Shown piece after piece: positions 19,388-28,361 of a stretch of 64,000 nt of DNA. The notes beneath the pieces were generated by a model that had not been told where the DNA came from, did not search any database, and worked only from the letters and a program-made list of their open reading frames with translations. Position 1 is the first letter of the stretch. Each line of letters opens with the position of its first letter. The position numbers and the translations under genes were made by a program. Source of the stretch: Candidatus Alloscybalousia sp. (GTDB taxonomy: Bacteria; Bacillota_I; Bacilli_A; RF39; UBA660); the NCBI GenBank assembly GCA_045595895.1, contig JAZOBJ010000013.1, positions 1,671 through 65,670 on the forward strand, given 5' to 3'.

Positions 19388-20032
19388 ATGAGACTTAGAA
19401 ATGTAAAAAATAAACAAGAAATTATGGATAATTCTAATTATCTTATTTTGGAACCTAAACGATATTTTGGGAAATGGAATGATGTCTTTGGCAATATTAA
19501 TCCTATTCATATTGAAGTTGGTACTGGTAAGGGTAATTTTATTATTGGAAAGGCATTAGCTAACCCTAATATTAATTTTATAGGTATTGAAAAGTTTGAT
19601 AGTGTTATAGCTAGGGCTTTAGAAAAAATTCCTGAAGGTCTTAATAATCTTAAAATGATTAGAATGAATGCCTTAGAAATAGACGAAGTATTTGAACATG
19701 AGGTAGAAACTATTTATTTGAACTTTTCTGATCCATGGCCTAAGAAAAGATGGCATAAGAGAAGACTTACTAGTTATGTATTCTTAGAAAAATATGATTC
19801 TTTATTTAAGGGTAAATGTCACATTATTCAAAAAACAGATAATATGGGGCTTTTCGAGTATTCTATATGTTCACTTAGTACTTATGGTTACATAATAGAA
19901 AATATTTCACTTGATTTACATAATAGTGAGATAGAAGGTAATATTATGACTGAGTATGAAGAAAAGTTTTCTAAGAAGGGCAATCCAATTTATTATTTAG
20001 AAACTGTAAAGAAAGATAAAAAAATAAAATAA
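19388..20032 (+). CDS. trmB: tRNA (guanine46-N7)-methyltransferase
   Basis: Near-identical motif set to Bacillus TrmB: GKWNDVFGN.NPIHIEVGTGKGNF...YLNFSDPWPKKRWHKRRL...DNMGLFEYS...SLDLHNSEIEGNIMTEYEEKF. Confidence 0.85.
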   Translation: MRLRNVKNKQEIMDNSNYLILEPKRYFGKWNDVFGNINPIHIEVGTGKGNFIIGKALANPNINFIGIEKFDSVIARALEKIPEGLNNLKMIRMNALEIDEVFEHEVETIYLNFSDPWPKKRWHKRRLTSYVFLEKYDSLFKGKCHIIQKTDNMGLFEYSICSLSTYGYIIENISLDLHNSEIEGNIMTEYEEKFSKKGNPIYYLETVKKDKKIK

Positions 20033-20092
20033 TTAAAAAATATTTTTTGTTTAGGAAAATATTTGATATAATAGGAATAGAGTAGGTGAATT

Positions 20093-20752
20093 ATGAAAAA
20101 ACTAGTGTTTTTATGTTGCATGATTTTACTCTTAAGTGGATGTTCTGTTGTTTATGTAGATAAACAATCAATAGATGAAGTGGTTGATAGTGTTTTAGAT
20201 AATAATATCAATTTAAAATCAGTATCGTTGGAAGGATATTCTTACTATTTGCCTCAGGGTGTTAATTTAAGTAGAAGTGATGCAGGAAATTCTATTCTTT
20301 ACTATAATCATAAGAGAATGTATTTATATGTTGATCTTATATCTTATTATCATAAAGTAGATAATGAATATAAGGAAAATAAACAATTTTATTATTCTAG
20401 GGCTATAGATAAAGATGGATATAAAGGATATTTAGTTATTAGTAAAATATCTGATGATTATTTTATTGAATTTATGTATCGTTATAGTAAAATGGAAGCC
20501 TATGTTAGTAAGGAAGATTTAAATAAGACTATTACAGTAATGGCATATATTCTAGATAGCATTAAGTTTAATGATGCAGTACTTGATTCGACGATTGGCG
20601 AGATTTCACTAGATCAATCTGAGGAAATATTTAATATTTTTAAACCTAACGGTGATGAAAGTGACTTCTTGGATTATGTTGAAAAATATGATGATGGTCG
20701 TACTGAGGCTAAGGATGAGGATATATTAGAGTTAGATGGAAATATAGAATAA
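20093..20752 (+). CDS. lipoprotein
   Basis: Signal peptide with the lipobox LLSGC. RBS aggtga. Confidence 0.5.
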   Translation: MKKLVFLCCMILLLSGCSVVYVDKQSIDEVVDSVLDNNINLKSVSLEGYSYYLPQGVNLSRSDAGNSILYYNHKRMYLYVDLISYYHKVDNEYKENKQFYYSRAIDKDGYKGYLVISKISDDYFIEFMYRYSKMEAYVSKEDLNKTITVMAYILDSIKFNDAVLDSTIGEISLDQSEEIFNIFKPNGDESDFLDYVEKYDDGRTEAKDEDILELDGNIE

Positions 20753-20766
20753 GGAAGAGGTTAATT

Positions 20767-21636
20767 ATGAAACTTTTAGAAAAATTAAAAAATACATTTT
20801 TTGAAGAAGAATATGTAGAAGTTGAAGAGACAGAGAAAAAAGAGGTTGTAGCTAGAAAAGTTGAACCTAAGGAAACAAAAAAGGAAGAGATTAAAGTTAT
20901 TCCTGAGATAAAAGAAGAGGTTCTTGAAGAAGAAAAAGCTACACCAGTTGAAAGTTATTCTGATAGAGAATTACTCAATAAGGATAAGAAAGTTCCATAT
21001 TTTGAAGATGATGATTTCTTAGATGTTGAGGTTAATACTCCTAAAAAAGAAGAAAAAAAGTTATATGGTGGAAGTGCTTCTGATATATATAGTGCTTTAG
21101 ATTTTTCAAGTACTAGTAATAAACCTTATAGTGCACCTGTAAAAGAAGCTTTTAAACCAACTCCTATAATTTCTCCAATTTATGGAGTTTTGGATAAGAA
21201 TTATAGAAAAGAAGAGGTTGTTGATAAAAAAGATAGACCTAGTAGTTACGTATCGAGAAAAAATGCTGATCTAGATTCTGTTAGAAGAAAAGCTTATGGT
21301 GGATTAAATCCATTTGAGGATGCTAGTGTTGGTGGATTCAAAGAAGATGTCCAAGAAGAAAATGAGGAAAGTTTATTTTATGATATGACTGTAGATAATT
21401 CTAAGCCAGTTGTTGATCAAGTAACTTTAGCTGATGCTGAAGAATATTTTGAAGATTTAGGATTAGAGTATAATATTGATTATAAAGATAATCGTTATGA
21501 GAGAGCTACTGGTAGAAGGACAAGCGCTAATAATCAAGATGTAAGTGTTAATGATGAAGTAGTTGAAGAAGATGCTAATTTAGAAGATAATTTATTTGAT
21601 TTAATTGATTCTATGTATGAGGAAGGTGAAGAATAA
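20767..21636 (+). CDS. acidic (E/K/D-rich) hypothetical protein
   Basis: 289 aa, highly charged. RBS aggaagagg. Confidence 0.45.
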   Translation: MKLLEKLKNTFFEEEYVEVEETEKKEVVARKVEPKETKKEEIKVIPEIKEEVLEEEKATPVESYSDRELLNKDKKVPYFEDDDFLDVEVNTPKKEEKKLYGGSASDIYSALDFSSTSNKPYSAPVKEAFKPTPIISPIYGVLDKNYRKEEVVDKKDRPSSYVSRKNADLDSVRRKAYGGLNPFEDASVGGFKEDVQEENEESLFYDMTVDNSKPVVDQVTLADAEEYFEDLGLEYNIDYKDNRYERATGRRTSANNQDVSVNDEVVEEDANLEDNLFDLIDSMYEEGEE

Positions 21637-21926
21637 TGGCTGAAATATTAGAATATTTTCCAATTGTTTTATATTTATTAGGTACTGTTTTATTAATTGT
21701 TTTAATTATTTTAGGACTTAAGTTGATTTATACTGTGAATAAAACGAATCAAATTTTAGATGATGCATATAATAAAACTAAGTCACTGAATGGTTTTTTT
21801 AGTGCGATTGACTCTATAACTGATACATTATCAAACTTGAGTGATAGTATTGTAAGCAATGTTACAGGTATTATTGGAAAAATATTTAGTAGAAAAAAAG
21901 GTAAGGAGATTGATGAAGATGAGTAA
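21636..21926 (+). CDS. small membrane protein, DUF948/YtxG-like
   Basis: N-terminal TM helix followed by a coiled region, overlapping start and stop with neighbours. RBS gaaggtga. Confidence 0.4.
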   Translation: MAEILEYFPIVLYLLGTVLLIVLIILGLKLIYTVNKTNQILDDAYNKTKSLNGFFSAIDSITDTLSNLSDSIVSNVTGIIGKIFSRKKGKEIDEDE

Positions 21927-22362
21927 AGAAGTAAAAAATACTAAAAAAAGTAGTGCTGGAAAGTTTATACTTGGTGCTTTAGTTGGTGCTGGTCTTGGAG
22001 TTTTATTTGCTCCAAAAGCTGGTAGTGAAACGAGACGTGAATTAAAGGAAAAGATGTCTGAACTTTTAAATAAGGCTAAAGAAGTAGATTTAGATGAAGT
22101 AAAAGATAATATAGCAGCTAAAGTTGAAGAAATTAGAGAAGAACTTAGTGAGTTAGATAAAGAAAAAGTTTTAAAAATAGCTAAACAGAAGGGTAAACAA
22201 TTAAAAGATAAATGTGGTGAATTAGTGGTGTTAGCAAAGGAAAAGGGAACTCCAGTTTTAGAGAATGCTGCTAATGAAGTGCGTGAAAAGACTATTCAGG
22301 CTGTAAAAGAAATTTTAGATAAATTAGAAGAATCAGATAAGAAAGCTAAGAGTAAAAAATAA
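21919..22362 (+). CDS. YtxH-like protein
   Basis: FILGALVGAGLGVLFAPKAGSETRREL matches the YtxH GxxxGAxxGxLxAPxSG motif. RBS aaggaga is 8 nt upstream of the ATG at 21919; the track ORF begins upstream at 21859. Confidence 0.5.
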   Translation: MSKEVKNTKKSSAGKFILGALVGAGLGVLFAPKAGSETRRELKEKMSELLNKAKEVDLDEVKDNIAAKVEEIREELSELDKEKVLKIAKQKGKQLKDKCGELVVLAKEKGTPVLENAANEVREKTIQAVKEILDKLEESDKKAKSKK

Positions 22363-22556
22363 TGCTTAATATTAATCCTATTAACTTTAATAATGGTAAT
22401 TATCATATTACTAAACCTAGTAAAAAGGTTATGCCTGTTAATAGTGTAAAAAAAACAAGTAATAGTAGTAATAATAATTCTGATTCTGGGTTTTCTAGAA
22501 ATTTAGAAGATGAGATACAAAAGATAAAAGTTAAAAATAAAAAGAAGAATAAATAA
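22362..22556 (+). CDS. small N/S-rich hypothetical protein
   Basis: ORF only, no RBS, low complexity. Doubtful. Confidence 0.2.
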   Translation: MLNINPINFNNGNYHITKPSKKVMPVNSVKKTSNSSNNNSDSGFSRNLEDEIQKIKVKNKKKNK

Positions 22557-22559
22557 TTC

Positions 22560-22576
22560 TTTTTTTTTTTTTTTTT
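22560..22576. repeat. homopolymeric T17 tract
   Basis: ttc followed by 17 T directly after the small ORF stop and before the next promoter region. Confidence 0.9.
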
Positions 22577-22625
22577 GACTTTTTTAGTATTTTTTGGTAA
22601 AATACGTGGCAAATAGGGGGATGCT

Positions 22626-23195
22626 ATGGCTATTGATTATTATAGAGATTTGTTAAATAAAACTAGGTACATAGATTCTAGAATAAAAGATACAGTTTTT
22701 TTCGATTTATGTTGTGAACAGTATATAAATCAAAAATATAATAATTGTCAATGTATTGTTGAAGTACCTAGTATTGTTAAATTTAAATCTAGGAATTTGG
22801 CTAATGCTGGATTGGGAATAAGATATGAAAGTTTATCGAAGAAGGTTATTCAAATGAATGGAAATTATTGTTTAACATATTCTGAGGTTAGACAATTTAA
22901 TTCTAAGCATAATATTGTTAATCTAGATATTGAAATTGAATTTTTGTTTGGAGAAAAAATTAAAATTTCTGCTTCTAAAAAGAATTATGGTGTAATTTTA
23001 AAGGTTAATCATTATAAAGTTTCTGAGATTGATAATTCATATGTTCCTTATGCTCACATTCCAACCACTGCTATTGAGGATTTTCATTTGATACCATATG
23101 GTGAAATATTTATTGGATGTTATCCTCAGACAGTACAGATGTTTGAAGATTATTATAGTGGTGATCTTTATTCTAGAAAAGTCTTAAAAAAATAA
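22626..23195 (+). CDS. hypothetical protein (189 aa)
   Basis: Clean ORF. RBS aggggga. Confidence 0.4.
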   Translation: MAIDYYRDLLNKTRYIDSRIKDTVFFDLCCEQYINQKYNNCQCIVEVPSIVKFKSRNLANAGLGIRYESLSKKVIQMNGNYCLTYSEVRQFNSKHNIVNLDIEIEFLFGEKIKISASKKNYGVILKVNHYKVSEIDNSYVPYAHIPTTAIEDFHLIPYGEIFIGCYPQTVQMFEDYYSGDLYSRKVLKK

Positions 23196-23239
23196 GAAAA
23201 AATTTGGAATAATTTGAATTTTGTGATAATATATTAATG

Positions 23240-23455
23240 TAATTTAATGGTGATTAGTTAATAGTAGTTATTGTTTTATATTTAGAGAGTTCATGGGTGG
23301 TGAAAATGAACATGAAATAATAATGAAGTTACATAACTAAGAATTAAATCGGAGTAGTCCGTTATTACTATGAAGGTAGATAAAGTTTCTATGAATTAAG
23401 GTGGTACCACGATAATGTCGTCCTTATTTTGTAGGGACTTTTTATTGTTTAGGAG
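23240..23455 (+). promoter_or_regulatory. T-box leader (tRNA-Tyr sensing) controlling tyrS
   Basis: AGAGA stem-I start at 23284. The specifier region gaaguuacauaac carries UAC (Tyr). Conserved T-box aattaaGGTGGTACCacg at 23395-23412, followed by a terminator T-run at 23439-23445. Confidence 0.7.
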
Positions 23456-23462
23456 GGAAAGT

Positions 23463-24698
23463 ATGAAATTATATGATGAATTATTATGGAGAGGTTTAAT
23501 TAAGGATGTAGCAGGTAGTGATTTGGAAAAAAAATTAAATGATGAAAAGATTACTTTTTATTGGGGTACTGATCCTACTGCTGATAGCCTACATTTAGGT
23601 CATTATTCATCTTTAGTTACGGCTAAAAGATTAGCTAAGGCTGGCCATAATCCTATTTTATTAATTGGTGGCGCTACAGCTTTAATTGGTGATCCAAGAC
23701 CTACTGCTGAAAGAGAAATTATTAGTAAAGAGGTTGTTAATAATAATTTAGAAGGTATTAAAAATCAAGTTCTTAAATTATTTGGTGGAAATGTTGAAAT
23801 AGTAAATAACTATGATTGGATGAAAGATTATAATTATTTGGAATTTTTAAGAGATATTGGGAAATATATTAATGTAAATTATATGCTTAATAAAGATATT
23901 ATCAGCAGAAGATTAGAAACTGGTATAACTTATGCAGAATTTTCTTATACTTTAATGCAGGGATATGATTATTTACATTTGTTTAGAGAAAAGAATTGTA
24001 TTTTACAGGCTGCTGGTTCTGATCAATGGGGTAATATCACTACTGGTATTGAACTTATTAAGAAGATTGAAGGTAAGGAAGTTTATGGATTTACTATGCC
24101 TTTAATTCTTGATAAATTCGGTAATAAGTTTGGTAAGAGTGAAGGTAATGCTTTATGGTTAGATATTAATAAAACTTCTTCTTATGAGTTATATCAATAT
24201 TTAATTAATTTAGATGATGAAATGATAGTTCATTATTTAAAAGTATTTACATTCCTTTCTAAAGAGGAAATAGAAAGTATTGAAAAAGAGCACTTAGAAG
24301 CGCCAGAAAGAAGAATAGCTCAACAAGCGCTTGCACGTGAAATTATTACTGATTTACATGGGCAAGAAGAATATGAAAAAGCACTTCGTTTAAGTCAAGT
24401 TTTATTTAGTGGTGATGTAGCTAATTTAACTGGTTCTGAGATACAACAGGTATTTCATGGTGTAACTCAATTTAATGTAGAAAATAATGAAAATATACTT
24501 GATTTTTTAGTAAATCATGGTATAGTAGCAAGTAAACGTGAAGCAAGAGAATTTATTGCGAGTGGTAGTGTTATGTTAAATGGTAATAAAATTACTGATT
24601 TAGATTTTGTTGTAACTAAAGAAATAGCTATTGAAGATAAATATATAATAGTTAGAAGAGGTAAAAAGAAGTACTATTTAGGAATCTATCATTCATAG
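23463..24698 (+). CDS. tyrS: tyrosyl-tRNA synthetase
   Basis: The HLGH class-I motif appears in DSLHLGHYSSLV, KFGKS is the KMSKS equivalent, and there is a C-terminal S4 domain. RBS ggaggg. The track ORF begins upstream at 23415 inside the leader. Confidence 0.9.
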   Translation: MKLYDELLWRGLIKDVAGSDLEKKLNDEKITFYWGTDPTADSLHLGHYSSLVTAKRLAKAGHNPILLIGGATALIGDPRPTAEREIISKEVVNNNLEGIKNQVLKLFGGNVEIVNNYDWMKDYNYLEFLRDIGKYINVNYMLNKDIISRRLETGITYAEFSYTLMQGYDYLHLFREKNCILQAAGSDQWGNITTGIELIKKIEGKEVYGFTMPLILDKFGNKFGKSEGNALWLDINKTSSYELYQYLINLDDEMIVHYLKVFTFLSKEEIESIEKEHLEAPERRIAQQALAREIITDLHGQEEYEKALRLSQVLFSGDVANLTGSEIQQVFHGVTQFNVENNENILDFLVNHGIVASKREAREFIASGSVMLNGNKITDLDFVVTKEIAIEDKYIIVRRGKKKYYLGIYHS

Positions 24699-24713
24699 AA
24701 TGGAGGGTGGAAA

Positions 24714-26513
24714 ATGGCTGAAAATAAAAAGGTAACATCGACTAAAAAAACTACTAATAAAAACACATCTACAGTTAAAAAAAAGAAAACAACTGTTAAA
24801 AAAGTTAATACTAATGTTAAGCCAAAGAAGAATGTTAAAACTGATAAATCTGTGGTAGTTGGTAGAAAGACTAAGGATAAGAAAGTAGTGGAAACTGTTA
24901 ACGCTATTGAAGTTAGTGAGAATAATGTTAAAGAAAAATTGTCTTTTAAAAAGAAGGTTTCTAATTTCTTTGATAAAATTAAAAATAGTATCAAAACAAA
25001 AAAAGCTAAATTAAATGAAAAAAAGAAGATTAAAAAATCTAATAAAGGAAAAGATAAAAAAGAAAAAAAAATTAAATCTTCTAGGAAACAAGTAGTTAAG
25101 AATAAGAAAGTTTCTTTTAAGGAAAAGTTATTAGCATTTTTTGATAGATTTAAAAAGAAAAGTAAAAAGAAACCTGTTAAGAAGAATACTAAGAAAAAAG
25201 ATAAAAAGAAAATTGAATTTTTTTTAACAGACAAGACTAAAAAAATCTTTATTGGATTATCTATCTTATGTGGGTTAATAATTTTATTAGAGATTGTTTA
25301 TATCGTTATTCATAAGATAAATATTGATAAAAAAACAGTATATTATGATGCAATGAATTCATTAGTAGTTGATGGTACTGATGTTGTTGCTGTTGGAAGT
25401 AGTAATTTTAGATATAGTAGCGAGTATAGTTACACTAATGGATTAGAAAAGGCTAAACTTATTAAATATGATAAGAATGGTAAAATTCTATTTGAAAAAA
25501 TGTTTGAAACTGGTATAAGTACTACTTTTAGTTCTGTTATTTCTACTGATGATGGTTATATAGTTGTTGGTAGTGGTATATTTAGTGAAAAGGAACAACT
25601 AGAAGAGGCTAGAGAAGCGTTTATAATAAAATATGATAAAGATGGTAATATGTTATGGGAAAAGTTTTATCATGATATTACTAATACTAGATTTAATAAG
25701 GTTATAGAAATTAGTGATGGCTATATAGTTGTTGGTCAAAGTATTTATGCTAATATGGAAATGGGTAATCATACTACTGGTGGTGGAATAATCATTAAAT
25801 ATGATAAAGATGGTAATCTTGTTTGGAAGAATAATCATGGTGGTATGAAGTCTGGAAACTTTAATGATGTTGTTGAAGTTAATGGTGATTTTTATGTTGT
25901 AGGAAAAGATGCTGTTGATAGTGGTAATCTGGTTATGTTTGATGAAAATGGTAAATATAAATGGCATAAAAATTATAGTTATACTGATGGAATTGGGTTT
26001 ACAGGTATTACTTATTTAAAAGATACATTATATGTAGTTGGTTCAGTTAAAATCCTTCCTGAAGACATTAAAGAGGAAGATAGTCGTTCTACGACTAATA
26101 CTGATGCTTTACTTGTTGCTTATAGTTTAGATGGTAAGAAAAAGTTTGAAAAGAATTATGGTGGAAGTAGTTATGAAAGATATAATTCTATTATAACTTA
26201 TCGTGATGAACTTTATGTTGTTGGTCACATTAGTTCTAAGGATGCTGGTTTTAAAATTGAGACAGATGGTGAATTGATGACAGGATTAGTTGTTCGTTAT
26301 GATACTAAAGGAAATATACTTAAAAAGGATGTTTTTGGTGGTAGCAATAATGATAATTTAACGGACATATTTACAGATGGTGTTTGTTTATATGTCAGTG
26401 GTTATAGTAATAGTGGTGATGGTAATATTACAACTGCTAAGAATAATGGTAAAGACTATTTTGGTAAAGTAATAAAACTTGATTTTAAATTTAGAACATT
26501 ATTAGTTAAGTAA
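24714..26513 (+). CDS. membrane-anchored beta-propeller repeat protein with a lysine-rich N-terminal tail
   Basis: About 170 aa of K/T/N-rich basic low complexity precede one TM helix (FIGLSILCGLIILLEIVYIVI). At least six repeats of about 50 aa follow, of the form IKYDKDGNxLWEK...DGYIVVG. RBS ggagggtgg. Confidence 0.5.
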   Translation: MAENKKVTSTKKTTNKNTSTVKKKKTTVKKVNTNVKPKKNVKTDKSVVVGRKTKDKKVVETVNAIEVSENNVKEKLSFKKKVSNFFDKIKNSIKTKKAKLNEKKKIKKSNKGKDKKEKKIKSSRKQVVKNKKVSFKEKLLAFFDRFKKKSKKKPVKKNTKKKDKKKIEFFLTDKTKKIFIGLSILCGLIILLEIVYIVIHKINIDKKTVYYDAMNSLVVDGTDVVAVGSSNFRYSSEYSYTNGLEKAKLIKYDKNGKILFEKMFETGISTTFSSVISTDDGYIVVGSGIFSEKEQLEEAREAFIIKYDKDGNMLWEKFYHDITNTRFNKVIEISDGYIVVGQSIYANMEMGNHTTGGGIIIKYDKDGNLVWKNNHGGMKSGNFNDVVEVNGDFYVVGKDAVDSGNLVMFDENGKYKWHKNYSYTDGIGFTGITYLKDTLYVVGSVKILPEDIKEEDSRSTTNTDALLVAYSLDGKKKFEKNYGGSSYERYNSIITYRDELYVVGHISSKDAGFKIETDGELMTGLVVRYDTKGNILKKDVFGGSNNDNLTDIFTDGVCLYVSGYSNSGDGNITTAKNNGKDYFGKVIKLDFKFRTLLVK

Positions 26514-26542
26514 AAGGATATACAAAGGTATATCCTTTTTTA
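26514..26542. terminator. bidirectional terminator
   Basis: Hairpin aaggatatacaaaggtatatcctt followed by T6. Confidence 0.5.
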
Positions 26543-26941
26543 TAGATTTGAATTTTCAATTTCAGCTGTTTGCAGGTTTGAGTTTGAGAAGTTGGTTATT
26601 ACTACATATAATCCAATTAATGCAGGTATTAATGAAATGAATGATGCTATTACTTGTAGATTTAGTGCTGATGTATCTTGGTTAGTATTAGCTGCAAAGT
26701 TTTTGGCTCTATTATTTAAATATAGGAACCAAAGAATTAGTGATAGAATTAAGATTTTATTTAATAGTGCTATAGTTTGAGATTCTTCGGGTGTTAAAAA
26801 TTCTTGTTTTCCTAAAGTTCTTTTTCTTTGATTTAAAATAATTAGTATTGATGCTACTAGGGAAATTATATATAAGATACATCCTATTAATTGTCCATCT
26901 ATGATAGTTAATTGTTCTTTTGTACTTTCTTGTTCACTCAT
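26540..26941 (-). CDS. hypothetical membrane protein (133 aa)
   Basis: Three predicted TM helices. No motif. Confidence 0.4.
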   Translation of the reverse strand: MSEQESTKEQLTIIDGQLIGCILYIISLVASILIILNQRKRTLGKQEFLTPEESQTIALLNKILILSLILWFLYLNNRAKNFAANTNQDTSALNLQVIASFISLIPALIGLYVVITNFSNSNLQTAEIENSNL

Positions 26942-26964
26942 ATATACACCTACTGTTTAAGTAT

Positions 26965-27003
26965 ATGTTTTTTAAAATAAAAAAACTTCACAAATGTGAA
27001 GTT
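26965..27003 (-). terminator. rpsD terminator
   Basis: Hairpin aacttcacaaatgtgaagtt with a T-run on the minus strand. Confidence 0.5.
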
Positions 27004-27008
27004 TAATT

Positions 27009-27611
27009 TTATCTGTTATAGAATTCAACGATTAATGATTCGTTAATGTCAGCGTTAAGTTCGCTTCTTTCAGGTAATCTTACGAATTTACCTTCTAATT
27101 TCTTATCATCAAATGTTACGTATTCAACTCTCTTAGTTACTTTTTCTAAAGCAGCTTTGATAGCTTTATGATCTTTAGAATTTTCTTTAACAGCAACTAC
27201 ATCTCCAGGTTTAACTCTATACGATGGAATGTCTACTTTGTTTCCATTAACAGTAATATGTCCATGGTTAACAACTTGACGTGCTCCACGACGAGTAGAT
27301 GCAAGTCCTAAACGGTAAACTACGTTATCTAATCTAGATTCTAATAGTTTTAAGAAGTTTTCACCGTGCATTCCTTTCATTTTTCCTGCTTCAACGAATG
27401 TTTTATGGAATTGTCTTTCGTTAACTCCATACATGAATCTAACTTTTTGCTTTTCTTTTAATTGTTCACCATAGTTAGATAATTTTCCTTTACGTTCAGC
27501 TCCATGTTGACCTGGACCGTAAGGACGACGAGCTAATTCTTTTCCTGTTTCAGAAATTGAGAATCCAACTCTACGAGCTTGTTTGTAACTTGATCCTGTG
27601 TATCTTGACAT
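27009..27611 (-). CDS. rpsD: 30S ribosomal protein S4
   Basis: [16 protein letters not shown]... with RBS aaggagg. The track ORF extends 19 codons upstream into the leader. Confidence 0.9.
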   Translation of the reverse strand: MSRYTGSSYKQARRVGFSISETGKELARRPYGPGQHGAERKGKLSNYGEQLKEKQKVRFMYGVNERQFHKTFVEAGKMKGMHGENFLKLLESRLDNVVYRLGLASTRRGARQVVNHGHITVNGNKVDIPSYRVKPGDVVAVKENSKDHKAIKAALEKVTKRVEYVTFDDKKLEGKFVRLPERSELNADINESLIVEFYNR

Positions 27612-27801
27612 TTTTATGTCCTCCTTCGATATTTTGTCATAAACATCGAATCCTATTAAACCATTCATTAGGGAGTTTAGGTTTCAGAATTTCGCTAACA
27701 GTGAAGTTACTATTCATTTCTAAACACATTAATAAATTTTTAATAGCACTGTTCAATGAATATGCAGTTTAGATTATATATAAAATAAGGGTTTTTGTCA
27801 A
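27612..27801 (-). promoter_or_regulatory. rpsD promoter (TTGACA-17-TATAAT, minus strand) plus a leader of about 150 nt, the likely S4 autoregulatory site
   Basis: On the minus strand, ttgaca at 27796-27801, a 17-nt spacer and tataat at 27773-27778. A long structured leader lies before the RBS. Confidence 0.45.
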
Positions 27802-27816
27802 TCTTTTTTGCTTATT

Positions 27817-28239
27817 TTAATGTTCAATACCAGTTTTTATTCTTGAATCACATAATAAATCATTTTTTAGTTTCCTAAAACTAAGTTTCTTTGGCTGTTC
27901 TTCGTAATATGGTACTAAAGATTTTTCATCGTAAAATAATTCATCATTATAATTAGGAGTACTATTAATAATATTACTACTATCATCTAGAATAATCTTC
28001 AAATTATCAATAACCCCGTTACTAAGTTCATAATTATAAAAATGACCATATTCATTTTCAATTAATATTGCTTGATTATTAATTGTTTTAACATTTGGTT
28101 TGGCAGTACCCATTGTTATACTTGTAGTGCTTGTTCCTATTTGAAATTCTGGTATAAATGTAGATTCACCATCTTTTTTATAGTTCTTGATATCTAGACA
28201 TTTTTTTATTGTTCCTACATAAACAGTTAAATTTCGCAT
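27817..28239 (-). CDS. hypothetical protein (140 aa)
   Basis: Clean ORF with RBS ggagg. Confidence 0.4.
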   Translation of the reverse strand: MRNLTVYVGTIKKCLDIKNYKKDGESTFIPEFQIGTSTTSITMGTAKPNVKTINNQAILIENEYGHFYNYELSNGVIDNLKIILDDSSNIINSTPNYNDELFYDEKSLVPYYEEQPKKLSFRKLKNDLLCDSRIKTGIEH

Positions 28240-28361
28240 ACTAAAACCTCCTTTATTACCAATTATTATACGTAAAAATAAAATTATGTCAAAAAAAGTA
28301 AGTAAAAATTTGCATTCTATGATAGAATATAAATATAGATAAGATAAGGAGTGGTTGAATA

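Noticed and set aside
22403-22612. 69-aa minus-strand ORF spanning the T17 tract
   Set aside because: Its translation is poly-K from the homopolymer. No start context.
24689-25234. 181-aa F/L-rich minus-strand ORF
   Set aside because: It is the reverse complement of the lysine (AAA/AAG)-rich 5' part of the 24714 gene, giving a poly-Phe/Leu artefact.
25653-25967. 104-aa minus-strand ORF
   Set aside because: Antisense to the beta-propeller repeat region. No start context.
26592-27772. ORFs 26592-26780 (+) and 27557-27772 (+)
   Set aside because: Antisense to the 26540 membrane protein and to rpsD and its leader, respectively.
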